DNA of 28,028 nucleotides from Escherichia coli (GTDB lineage Bacteria; Pseudomonadota; Gammaproteobacteria; Enterobacterales; Enterobacteriaceae): NCBI RefSeq assembly GCF_003334335.1, contig NZ_QOWQ01000050.1; one strand, 5' to 3'. Shown piece by piece: positions 18,077 to 27,348 of this stretch (position 1 is its first letter; each line of letters starts with the position of its first letter). The notes under the pieces were generated by a model. It saw only the letters and a program-made list of their open reading frames with translations, ran no database searches and was not told where the DNA came from. The position numbers and the translations under genes were made by a program.

Positions 18077-19410
18077 AAAAAAGTGTCGATTTTATTGGTG
18101 TCGGGACAGGGCCATTTAATCTCAGCATTGCTGCATTGTCACATCAGATCGAAGAACTGAACTGTCTCTTCTTTGACGAACATCCTCATTTTTCCTGGCA
18201 TCCGGGTATGCTGGTACCGGATTGTCATATGCAGACCGTCTTTCTGAAAGATCTGGTCAGTGCAGTTGCACCTACAAATCCCTACAGCTTTGTTAACTAT
18301 CTGGTGAAGCACAAAAAGTTCTATCGCTTCCTTACAAGCAGGCTACGTACAGTATCCCGTGAAGAGTTTTCTGACTATCTCCGCTGGGCTGCTGAAGATA
18401 TGAATAACCTGTATTTCAGTCATACCGTTGAAAATATTGATTTCGACAAAAAAAGTCGATTGTTTCTGGTTCAGACCAGTCGGGGAGAATATTTTGCCCA
18501 CAATATCTGCCTTGGTACAGGAAAACAACCTTATTTACCACCCTGTGTGAAGCATGTGACACAATCCTGTTTCCATGCCAGTGAAATGAATCTTCGTCGG
18601 CCGGACCTGAGTGAAAAACGGATAACCGTGGTTGGTGGAGGACAGAGTGGTGCAGACCTGTTCCTTAATGCATTACGCGGGGAATGGGGAGAAGCGGCGG
18701 AAATAAACTGGGTCTCACGGCGTAATAATTTTAACGCACTGGATGAGGCTGCTTTTGCTGATGAGTATTTTACACCTGAATATATTTCAGGCTTCTCCGG
18801 ACTGAAGGAAGATATTCGCCATCAGTTACTGGATGAGCAGAAAATGACATCGGATGGCATCACTGCCGATTCTTTACTGACCATTTATCGTGAGTTGTAC
18901 CACCGTTTTGAAGTTCTGAGAAAACCAAGAAATATCCGTCTGCTACCCAGTCGCTCGGTAACAACTCTGGAAAGTAGTGGTCCGGGCTGGAGGTTATTGA
19001 TGGAACATCATCTGGATCAGGGCAGAGAGAGCCTGGAAAGTGATGTGGTGATTTTCGCCACAGGTTACCGTTCTGCATTGCCACAAATACTTCCCTCACT
19101 GATGCCCTTGATCACCATGCACGATAAGAACACCTTTAAAGTGCGTGATGACTTCACTCTGGAATGGAGTGGCCCGAAAGAAAATAACATCTTTGCGGTC
19201 AACGCCAGCATGCAAACTCATGGCATCGCCGAACCCCAGCTCAGCCTGATGGCCTGGCGATCTGCACGTATTCTTAATCGCGTACTGGGGCGTGATTTAT
19301 TCGATCTCAGTATGCCGCCCGCACTGATTCAGTGGCGCAGCGGCAGCCGGAAAAAACCGCAGCCGGAGGCTGCTTCTTTAACTCACTATACAGCAAATAT
19401 TCAGGAATAA
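18073..19410 (+). CDS. iucD: L-lysine N6-monooxygenase IucD
   Basis: 445-aa ORF with N-terminal FAD-binding GxGxxN motif (IGVGTGPFNLSIA) and a second dinucleotide-binding motif (VVGGGQSGADLF). Start overlaps the iucC stop (ATGA). Confidence 0.93.
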   Translation: MKKSVDFIGVGTGPFNLSIAALSHQIEELNCLFFDEHPHFSWHPGMLVPDCHMQTVFLKDLVSAVAPTNPYSFVNYLVKHKKFYRFLTSRLRTVSREEFSDYLRWAAEDMNNLYFSHTVENIDFDKKSRLFLVQTSRGEYFAHNICLGTGKQPYLPPCVKHVTQSCFHASEMNLRRPDLSEKRITVVGGGQSGADLFLNALRGEWGEAAEINWVSRRNNFNALDEAAFADEYFTPEYISGFSGLKEDIRHQLLDEQKMTSDGITADSLLTIYRELYHRFEVLRKPRNIRLLPSRSVTTLESSGPGWRLLMEHHLDQGRESLESDVVIFATGYRSALPQILPSLMPLITMHDKNTFKVRDDFTLEWSGPKENNIFAVNASMQTHGIAEPQLSLMAWRSARILNRVLGRDLFDLSMPPALIQWRSGSRKKPQPEAASLTHYTANIQE

Positions 19411-19412
19411 CG

Positions 19413-21611
19413 ATGATGCGCAAAAAGTATATGCCCCGGGCTCTTGGTCCGCTGCTTCTTGTCGTGCTGTCACCAGCTGTCGCCCAGCAAAACGATGATA
19501 ATGAGATCATAGTGTCTGCCAGCCGCAGCAATCGAACTGTAGCGGAGATGGCGCAAACCACCTGGGTTATCGAAAATGCCGAACTGGAGCAGCAGATTCA
19601 GGGCGGTAAAGAGCTGAAAGACGCACTGGCTCAGTTAATCCCCGGCCTTGATGTCAGCAGCCAGAGTCGAACCAACTACGGTATGAACATGCGTGGCCGC
19701 CCGCTGGTTGTCCTGATTGACGGTGTGCGCCTCAACTCTTCACGTTCCGACAGCCGACAACTGGACTCTGTCGATCCTTTTAATATCGACCATATTGAAG
19801 TGATCTCCGGCGCGACGGCCCTGTACGGTGGCGGGAGTACCGGAGGGTTGATCAACATCGTGACCAAAAAAGGTCAGCCGGAAACCATGATGGAGTTTGA
19901 GGCTGGCACAAAAAGTGGCTTTAACAGCAGTAAAGATCACGATGAGCGCATTGCCGGTGCTGTCTCCGGCGGAAATGACCATATCTCCGGACGTCTTTCC
20001 GTGGCATATCAGAAATTTGGCGGCTGGTTTGACGGTAACGGCGATGCCACTCTGCTTGATAACACCCAGACCGGCCTGCAGCACTCCAATCGGCTGGACA
20101 TCATGGGAACCGGTACGCTGAACATCGATGAATCCCGGCAGCTTCAACTGATAACGCAGTACTATAAAAGTCAGGGAGACGACAATTACGGGCTTAATCT
20201 CGGGAAAGGCTTTTCCGCCATCAGCGGGAGCAGCACACCATACGTCAGTAAGGGGCTGAATTCTGACCGCATTCCCGGCACTGAGCGGCATTTGATCAGC
20301 CTGCAGTACTCTGACAGTGATTTCCTGGGACAGGAACTGGTCGGTCAGGTTTACTACCGCGATGAGTCGTTGCGGTACTACCCGTTCCCGACGGTAAATG
20401 CGAATAAACAGGCGACGGCTTTCTCCTCGTCACAGCAGGATACCGACCAGTACGGCATGAAACTGACTCTGAACAGCCAACTGATGGACGGCTGGCAAAT
20501 CACCTGGGGGCTGGATGCTGAGCATGAGCGCTTTACCTCCAACCAGATGTTCTTCGATCTGGCTCAGGCAAGTGCTTCCGGAGGGCTGAACAACCATAAG
20601 ATTTACACCACCGGGCGCTATCCGTCATATGACATCACCAATCTGGCGGCCTTCCTGCAATCCAGCTATGACATTAATGATATTTTTACCGTTAGCGGTG
20701 GCGTACGCTATCAGTATACTGAGAACAGGGTAGATGATTTCATCGACTACACGCAGCAACAGAAGATTGCTGCCGGGAAGGCGATATCTGCCGACGCCAT
20801 TCCTGGTGGTTCGGTAGATTACGATAACTTTCTGTTCAATGCTGGTCTGCTGATGCACATCACCGAACGTCAGCAGGCATGGTTCAATTTTTCCCAGGGG
20901 GTGGCATTGCCGGATCCGGGGAAATATTATGGTCGCGGCATCTATGGTGCAGCAGTGAACGGCCATCTTTCCCTGACAAAGAGCGTGAACGTCAGCGACA
21001 GTAAGCTGGAAGGCGTGAAAGTCGATTCTTATGAACTGGGCTGGCGCTTTACCGGTGACAACCTGCGGACTCAAATCGCGGCATATTACTCGCTTTCCAA
21101 TAAGAGCGTGGAAAGGAATAAAGATCTGACCATCAGTGTGAAGGACGACAGGCGCCGTATTTACGGCGTGGAAGGTGCGGTGGACTACCTGATCCCGGAT
21201 ACTGACTGGAGTACCGGTGTGAACTTCAATGTGCTGAAAACCGAGTCGAAAGTGAACGGTCAATGGCAAAAATATGACGTGAAGGAATCAAGTCCATCGA
21301 AAGCGACAGCTTACATTAACTGGGCGCCGGAACCGTGGAGTCTGCGTGTACAGAGCACCACTTCTTTCGACGTAAGCGATGCAGAGGGTAACGATATTAA
21401 TGGTTACACTACCGTCGATTTTATCAGTAGTTGGCAGCTTCCGGTGGGAACACTCAGCTTCAGCGTTGAGAACCTCTTCGACCGTGACTATACCACTGTC
21501 TGGGGACAGCGTGCACCTCTGTACTACAGCCCGGGTTACGGCCCTGCTTCACTGTACGACTACAAAGGCCGGGGCCGAACCTTTGGTCTGAACTACTCAG
21601 TGCTGTTCTGA
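19413..21611 (+). CDS. iutA: TonB-dependent ferric aerobactin receptor IutA
   Basis: ORF track opens at 19332, but the start is MMRKKY at 19413 (RBS agga) followed by a signal peptide ending AVAQQ. TonB-dependent-receptor features: plug domain and C-terminal terminal-Phe beta-barrel motif (GRTFGLNYSVLF). Confidence 0.93.
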   Translation: MMRKKYMPRALGPLLLVVLSPAVAQQNDDNEIIVSASRSNRTVAEMAQTTWVIENAELEQQIQGGKELKDALAQLIPGLDVSSQSRTNYGMNMRGRPLVVLIDGVRLNSSRSDSRQLDSVDPFNIDHIEVISGATALYGGGSTGGLINIVTKKGQPETMMEFEAGTKSGFNSSKDHDERIAGAVSGGNDHISGRLSVAYQKFGGWFDGNGDATLLDNTQTGLQHSNRLDIMGTGTLNIDESRQLQLITQYYKSQGDDNYGLNLGKGFSAISGSSTPYVSKGLNSDRIPGTERHLISLQYSDSDFLGQELVGQVYYRDESLRYYPFPTVNANKQATAFSSSQQDTDQYGMKLTLNSQLMDGWQITWGLDAEHERFTSNQMFFDLAQASASGGLNNHKIYTTGRYPSYDITNLAAFLQSSYDINDIFTVSGGVRYQYTENRVDDFIDYTQQQKIAAGKAISADAIPGGSVDYDNFLFNAGLLMHITERQQAWFNFSQGVALPDPGKYYGRGIYGAAVNGHLSLTKSVNVSDSKLEGVKVDSYELGWRFTGDNLRTQIAAYYSLSNKSVERNKDLTISVKDDRRRIYGVEGAVDYLIPDTDWSTGVNFNVLKTESKVNGQWQKYDVKESSPSKATAYINWAPEPWSLRVQSTTSFDVSDAEGNDINGYTTVDFISSWQLPVGTLSFSVENLFDRDYTTVWGQRAPLYYSPGYGPASLYDYKGRGRTFGLNYSVLF

Positions 21612-21638
21612 CGGGGATGCTTTTGCAACAAGGGTATG

Positions 21639-21678
21639 CTGTAAACAACATGGTCCTTGGTGGCCATGTTGTTTACAG
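21639..21678 (+). terminator. hairpin 3' of iutA (possible terminator)
   Basis: Perfect 15-bp inverted repeat ctgtaaacaacatgg (21639-21653) / ccatgttgtttacag (21664-21678) with 10-nt loop. No clear U-tract follows, so the terminator role is uncertain. Confidence 0.4.
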
Positions 21679-21700
21679 CCAGTATTGTTTACAGCCAGTA
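21669..21700 (+). repeat. perfect tandem duplication, 2 x 16 bp (ttgtttacagccagta)
   Basis: Unit at 21669-21684 repeated exactly at 21685-21700; the first unit overlaps the distal arm of the hairpin. Confidence 0.9.
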
Positions 21701-21840
21701 TAATATACAGCCTTAACAAGATATTCCGTCTCCGGAATGGACTGTTCACCACTGAATAACATTATTTCTGTTTTATGGATCTTTGACTGAAATTTATCGC
21801 ATATCCTCATTTCATTGTCCGTCTGAAAACTAACCTTACA

Positions 21841-21863
21841 AGTAAGCGTCGTCTCAGCACCGT
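21841..21863 (+). mobile_element. solo IS66-family terminal-repeat-like remnant
   Basis: agtaagcgtc-gtctc-agcaccgt has the same block spacing as the inverted repeat of the IS66 copy at 27738 (ggtaagcgtc-aacgg-agcaccgt). No adjacent transposase frame. Confidence 0.35.
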
Positions 21864-22180
21864 CTGGCAGATCCTGAAATTCCTGAGAGGATGATCTGCG
21901 CCCAATATCCTGAGCCGGAACTTTGCTGCAATGAAGGCCAACGAAAAATGGGGGAGTATGTTATAGAGTACTTGCTACAGGGTAAAAAGAGGTACCTGTC
22001 GCTGGTTCTCCGTTCAGTTTAACCGGGAGATTTTCTCCTGCGCCTGTCATAAAGTCCGGTAATGGAGATTGTTAATACGATGGTGCACGATGCATTGTCG
22101 GTGCCCGGCCCGGAGGATGCCCCGTAACTACATACGGATCAGGGTTGGCAATATCGAATGGCAGGCTATAGGCAAAGTTA

Positions 22181-22291
22181 AAGCCCCATGGAGTAGCACA
22201 AAATATGCCACACAAAGGAAACGGTCTGAATAACGCAGTGATGGAGAACTTCTTCGGCACACTGCAAAATCGCATCGTGGTCGAGCGCTGA
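22181..22291 (+). pseudogene. IS3-family transposase (OrfB) C-terminal remnant
   Basis: Open frame translating ...KVKPHGVAQNMPHKGNGLNNAVMENFFGTLQNRIVVER*. The GN..DNAVMExFFGTLK block is the conserved C-terminal signature of IS3-family integrase-type transposases. No upstream catalytic region remains. Confidence 0.5.
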
Positions 22292-23133
22292 TTCTGGCGA
22301 ACAACTGAACTAATACATCAGAATCTGCATTATGTTAAATAAATATGAAAAGATGGTTTAAATACCCCGTTACTTTTGACTTACACTATACGGTATCGCA
22401 TCGTTTAATATTCGCACCGGCCAGATTTTTATTTCTATTAGTTGTCACAATACTGAATGCGTACGACCACAGTATTCTGGCTCCTGTGTGGTCATGCTTT
22501 AATTCTGCGTTCCGGACAGATAAGCAGTTGCTTGCAGGAATCCTTCTTGTGTTAATGTCAGTTCCCCTTTTTACCAGTGCTGATTTCCACATTCCGTCCA
22601 ACAGAGCTTATAGCCTTTCCCTGGATTATAGCATTGTCCGGCTGAAGTTCTTTTTGAATAATAATAGAAGCACTGCTGGCAGATCCAGTCCGTTTTTCAT
22701 AACCCACTGTACTGATAACCATAATCTAATCAGTAGAAATTGAGTCGAAAATAAGCACTACTCCATACAGGATAATTAGAGGTCAGTTTGATTATTCACA
22801 ATTCATCATCAGCATTTTCTGTTTCTGACGAAATCAACATGAAAAGAACCATATATGATAATTATTATAATAACGGCTTTAATTGGAATACATATATTAC
22901 AACGTATTATATATAATTGGTATTCTGGGAACTATATTCTCAAAATACAGTAGAAACGAGGTATGTTTCTGGTGGAAAGGACAGTGGGATTAAAAAGTAA
23001 GAATTGATAAAAAAACGCCAGCAACACATAGTGCCGGCGGAGGGAATACCCCATGGAGAAAATGTGATGCCTAGAGCACCATGAATATATAATTAAAAAT
23101 AGTTAGCGTTGTCAATACTTTCACAAAAATAAT

Positions 23134-23189
23134 TTTCGTAGTTTCGTAGTTTCGTAGTTTCGTAGTTTCGTAGTTTCGTAGTTTCGTAG
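23134..23189 (+). repeat. octanucleotide microsatellite (tttcgtag) x 7, perfect
   Basis: Seven exact head-to-tail copies of tttcgtag, followed by a partial unit, in an AT-rich intergenic stretch. Confidence 0.95.
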
Positions 23190-23294
23190 TATAGAAAGAT
23201 ATTTTTATGCATGACCTACCTGAATTTGCTCCGGGTAGAGGTTATAAATAAAAATTGAATCACGACAAACACAATATTCATAGTATGGCGATGC

Positions 23295-23675
23295 CTACGC
23301 CAGCAAGAATAGCGCCAATAATGTTGGGAATATAATAGACACCAGACGCACAGGTATCTCATCTCTTAACAAATAATAATCAGGGTATTTACTTTTTTCT
23401 CGCCAGCTGTTTACACCTAAAGCACACAAAATTAACCATTTAATAACAAATGGCAATATCCATAGCCATACGACTTTACCTTGTAATGTTCGGTATTTCT
23501 TTATAATTATTCTGGGAAATCTATCATTTATTTTTAAAATCAAATTATCTTGTTGTTTAAAAATAAGTTCACATACTTTATCATCTTCTTCCGCCATCAA
23601 CATCTCTGCATACTTAAACATTTCAGAACGTTCCTTTAGCACAGAAGAGTAATTATATGTCCAGTTCCCAGGCAA
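23295..23675 (-). CDS. hypothetical small protein with predicted transmembrane segments
   Basis: 126-aa ORF with ATG start and two hydrophobic stretches (VVWLWILPFVIKWLILCALGV; VSIIFPTLLALFLLA). No recognisable family. May be the distal part of a decayed larger gene (see findings). Confidence 0.3.
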   Translation of the reverse strand: MPGNWTYNYSSVLKERSEMFKYAEMLMAEEDDKVCELIFKQQDNLILKINDRFPRIIIKKYRTLQGKVVWLWILPFVIKWLILCALGVNSWREKSKYPDYYLLRDEIPVRLVSIIFPTLLALFLLA

Positions 23676-25002
23676 TAATGCTTATGGATATTTAATTAAT
23701 AATTTAGAGAATATTTGCAATAATATTTGGCTGTATTCAGAAATACCTGAAAAATCATACTATACAGCCCCAGGGAATGGATAAAGATTCTAACAAAGCA
23801 TTTCAACAATATATGCTTGTTAAAAATCCATATCGAAATGCCGTTGCAGCATTAATATATGCCTCATTCATAAAATGTAAAAGAGCAAGCTCGTACCAGT
23901 AGGGGGGAAATTCATTGACATGTCCTGTCAATACGTACAGAGCCCTGTCATGCTTGCCGGCACGTAACAATTCCGTCCCCAGTAACCAGCGTGTCCCCTG
24001 ATTATTCTCAGGGTTATATGTTAGTATTTTATCAATGAGTATAACGGCATCCTGATGACGCTGTAAATGAACATTCGCCAGAATTGCAGCATAAAGAGCG
24101 CAAATGCATATGCCAGATGAGCGTGAATATCAATGATGTCAGGAGCATGTCAGGCAAGACGCCTGAGTTTGTTGACGTAATTTGTTTCGTTTATTTCATC
24201 ACTATCGTATGCGTCAAGAGTTTTTTCAAACTCATCCCGAAATGGGCCAAGCCTGGTTTCAGGAAATAAGAAATACCCCTGGTTATTGTTCACTTAAAAG
24301 TATAATTTGTAATTCAAATCCTGAGCCTGTAAAACGGGGAGTAACATATTCTATTCTGAAGAGAATAAAAGTCGTGATGCGATGTATCAAGCCCGGATTG
24401 TAATCCCAGATTAACATAGATCACAAAACAACTTATTCTTCACTAACGTAAAGATAAATATCGTTGTATGCCTTATCACGACTACGAATACCAGCAAGAT
24501 ACAACTGACATACGGAAAGATACCATGTTTTTTACTCCCGAAAATAACGCTAAAAAGCTACTTCCCCATCGTTTGTCCTTAGTATTGTCAGCGCCAACAA
24601 TGTGGGCTGACATGATAAAGCTGTCTAGGAAAACGTTCGCCTCCTCAGCGGACAATCCAAATGGTGATTGTCTCTATTAAACGTTTATTTTGAAGGTCGA
24701 CTGAATAAGGTGATGACGCTGTAGAATTTTTCACGTGCCACAGAATTTTTGAACGCTTTCTCTTACAATATTTCAATGTTTCTATCAGTATTCACCGGAA
24801 GAAGTCATCGACCAAATCATCCCAGTCGTCTCGCACCACTGACCATTCATGGTTGACATGTGGTGGAAATCCGCTTCTACAGTAACCATTTTTTATTCGC
24901 AAAACCGAACACGCCATACGGATAGCTGTTAACTGGCATGCCGAGGCAGTTGTTATTTATATTTAGTTTTGTCAATAATCTTTATTTTTTGTAAAAGGCA
25001 AA

Positions 25003-25021
25003 TATAAATTATTCTCATTAT
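25003..25021 (+). promoter_or_regulatory. candidate Fur box upstream of iha
   Basis: ataaattattctcattatt matches the Fur consensus at about 12 of 19 positions, in the AT-rich region 50-70 bp upstream of the iha ATG. Supported by the known iron regulation of iha, not by sequence alone. Confidence 0.35.
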
Positions 25022-25073
25022 TGTTTGTATTTGTGTATTGTCTTGCCGGTTAACATGATCGGAGATTAGTAAT

Positions 25074-27164
25074 ATGCGAATAACCACTCTGGCTTCCGTA
25101 GTCATTCCCTGTCTCGGATTTTCAGCCAGCAGCATAGCTGCTGCAGAGGATGTGATGATTGTCTCGGCATCCGGCTATGAGAAAAAGCTGACTAACGCAG
25201 CCGCCAGTGTTTCTGTGATTAGCCAGGAGGAATTGCAGTCCAGCCAGTACCACGATCTGGCGGAGGCTCTGAGATCAGTAGAGGGTGTGGATGTTGAAAG
25301 TGGTACGGGTAAAACCGGTGGGCTGGAAATCAGCATCCGAGGAATGCCAGCCAGTTACACGCTGATACTGATTGATGGTGTTCGTCAGGGCGGAAGCAGT
25401 GACGTGACTCCCAACGGTTTTTCTGCCATGAATACCGGGTTCATGCCCCCTCTGGCCGCCATTGAGCGTATTGAGGTTATCAGGGGGCCGATGTCCACAC
25501 TGTATGGCTCTGATGCGATGGGCGGTGTGGTGAATATCATTACCAGAAAGAATGCAGACAAATGGCTCTCTTCCGTCAATGCAGGGCTGAATCTGCAGGA
25601 AAGCAACAAATGGGGTAACAGCAGCCAGTTTAATTTCTGGAGCAGTGGCCCCCTTGTGGATGATTCTGTCAGCCTGCAGGTACGCGGTAGCACACAACAG
25701 CGTCAGGGCTCATCGGTCACATCACTGAGCGATACAGCAGCCACGCGTATTCCTTATCCCACGGAGTCACAGAATTATAATCTTGGTGCACGTCTTGACT
25801 GGAAGGCGTCGGAGCAGGATGTGCTCTGGTTTGATATGGATACCACCCGGCAGCGTTATGATAACCGGGATGGGCAACTGGGGAGTCTGACGGGGGGATA
25901 TGACCGGACCCTGCGCTATGAGCGGAACAAAATTTCAGCTGGCTATGATCATACTTTCACCTTCGGAACATGGAAATCGTATCTGAACTGGAACGAGACA
26001 GAAAATAAAGGTCGTGAGCTCGTACGCAGTGTACTGAAGCGCGACAAATGGGGGCTTGCCGGTCAGCCGCGGGAGCTTAAGGAATCGAACCTTATCCTGA
26101 ATTCATTACTGCTTACCCCTCTGGGAGAATCTCATCTGGTTACGGTGGGGGGCGAGTTTCAGAGCTCGTCCATGAAAGACGGAGTTGTCCTTGCCAGCAC
26201 AGGTGAAACTTTCCGGCAGAAAAGCTGGTCGGTATTTGCTGAGGATGAGTGGCATCTCACGGATGCACTTGCGCTGACTGCGGGCAGCCGCTATGAACAT
26301 CATGAGCAATTCGGGGGACACTTCAGTCCGCGTGCATATCTGGTCTGGGATGTGGCAGATGCCTGGACGCTGAAAGGCGGTGTGACCACGGGATATAAGG
26401 CACCCAGAATGGGGCAGCTACATAAAGGGATTAGTGGTGTGTCCGGGCAGGGAAAAACAAATCTACTTGGTAACCCCGACCTGAAGCCGGAAGAGAGCGT
26501 CAGTTATGAGGCTGGGGTGTATTACGATAACCCCGCCGGTCTGAATGCCAATGTCACAGGTTTTATGACTGACTTCTCCAACAAGATTGTCTCTTATTCC
26601 ATAAATGATAACACCAATAGCTATGTAAACAGCGGAAAGGCCCGGTTGCACGGTGTGGAATTTGCCGGCACATTGCCGCTGTGGTCAGAGGATGTCACGC
26701 TGTCACTGAATTACACCTGGACCCGAAGTGAACAACGTGATGGTGATAACAAAGGTGCGCCGCTGAGTTATACCCCTGAACACATGGTGAATGCGAAACT
26801 GAACTGGCAGATCACCGAAGAGGTGGCATCATGGCTGGGTGCCCGTTATCGCGGGAAAACACCACGTTTCACCCAGAATTATTCGTCACTGAGCGCTGTA
26901 CAGAAGAAAGTGTATGATGAGAAAGGAGAATACCTGAAAGCCTGGACGGTGGTGGATGCAGGTCTGTCGTGGAAGATGACGGATGCCCTGACGCTGAATG
27001 CTGCGGTGAATAACCTGCTCAACAAGGATTACAGTGACGTGAGCCTGTACAGTGCCGGTAAGAGTACGCTGTATGCCGGTGATTACTTCCAGACGGGATC
27101 ATCAACAACAGGATATGTGATACCTGAGCGAAATTACTGGATGTCGCTGAACTATCAGTTCTGA
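25074..27164 (+). CDS. iha: Iha, IrgA-homologue adhesin / TonB-dependent catecholate siderophore receptor
   Basis: 696-aa ORF with RBS ggag; signal peptide (..SSIAAAEDVMIVSASG), TonB-box-like N-terminus, plug domain and terminal-Phe beta-barrel (WMSLNYQF). Sequence recognised as Iha. Confidence 0.9.
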   Translation: MRITTLASVVIPCLGFSASSIAAAEDVMIVSASGYEKKLTNAAASVSVISQEELQSSQYHDLAEALRSVEGVDVESGTGKTGGLEISIRGMPASYTLILIDGVRQGGSSDVTPNGFSAMNTGFMPPLAAIERIEVIRGPMSTLYGSDAMGGVVNIITRKNADKWLSSVNAGLNLQESNKWGNSSQFNFWSSGPLVDDSVSLQVRGSTQQRQGSSVTSLSDTAATRIPYPTESQNYNLGARLDWKASEQDVLWFDMDTTRQRYDNRDGQLGSLTGGYDRTLRYERNKISAGYDHTFTFGTWKSYLNWNETENKGRELVRSVLKRDKWGLAGQPRELKESNLILNSLLLTPLGESHLVTVGGEFQSSSMKDGVVLASTGETFRQKSWSVFAEDEWHLTDALALTAGSRYEHHEQFGGHFSPRAYLVWDVADAWTLKGGVTTGYKAPRMGQLHKGISGVSGQGKTNLLGNPDLKPEESVSYEAGVYYDNPAGLNANVTGFMTDFSNKIVSYSINDNTNSYVNSGKARLHGVEFAGTLPLWSEDVTLSLNYTWTRSEQRDGDNKGAPLSYTPEHMVNAKLNWQITEEVASWLGARYRGKTPRFTQNYSSLSAVQKKVYDEKGEYLKAWTVVDAGLSWKMTDALTLNAAVNNLLNKDYSDVSLYSAGKSTLYAGDYFQTGSSTTGYVIPERNYWMSLNYQF

Positions 27165-27193
27165 TAATAACAAAACGCTATCACTGACGGTAG

Positions 27194-27238
27194 AATACGT
27201 TGCCACTGCAACTCCTGGCGGAACAGTGGCAACGTATT
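27194..27238 (+). terminator. strong hairpin 3' of iha (terminator-like)
   Basis: Perfect 15-bp inverted repeat aatacgttgccactg (27194-27208) / cagtggcaacgtatt (27224-27238) with 15-nt loop, 30 bp after the iha stop. No strong U-tract. Confidence 0.5.
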
Positions 27239-27348
27239 AGGTTAAGTGCATTTCCGATCCGCTAATGAGATTTCGTTACCAACAACTAATATCGTCACAG
27301 GAAATGCACGGATTATTTTTAACTTATCATTTACATACTTGTCCAGAG

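Noticed and set aside
22345-22743. 132-aa plus-strand ORF (MKRWFKYPVTFDLHYTVSHRLIF...) in the degraded iutA-iha interval
   Set aside because: AT-rich, no RBS, composition typical of random translation. The opposite strand is also partly open. Not enough support to call a gene.
23134-23189. Whether the 8-bp tandem array could be a CRISPR array
   Set aside because: The units are contiguous with no spacers and far too short. It is a microsatellite, not a CRISPR array.
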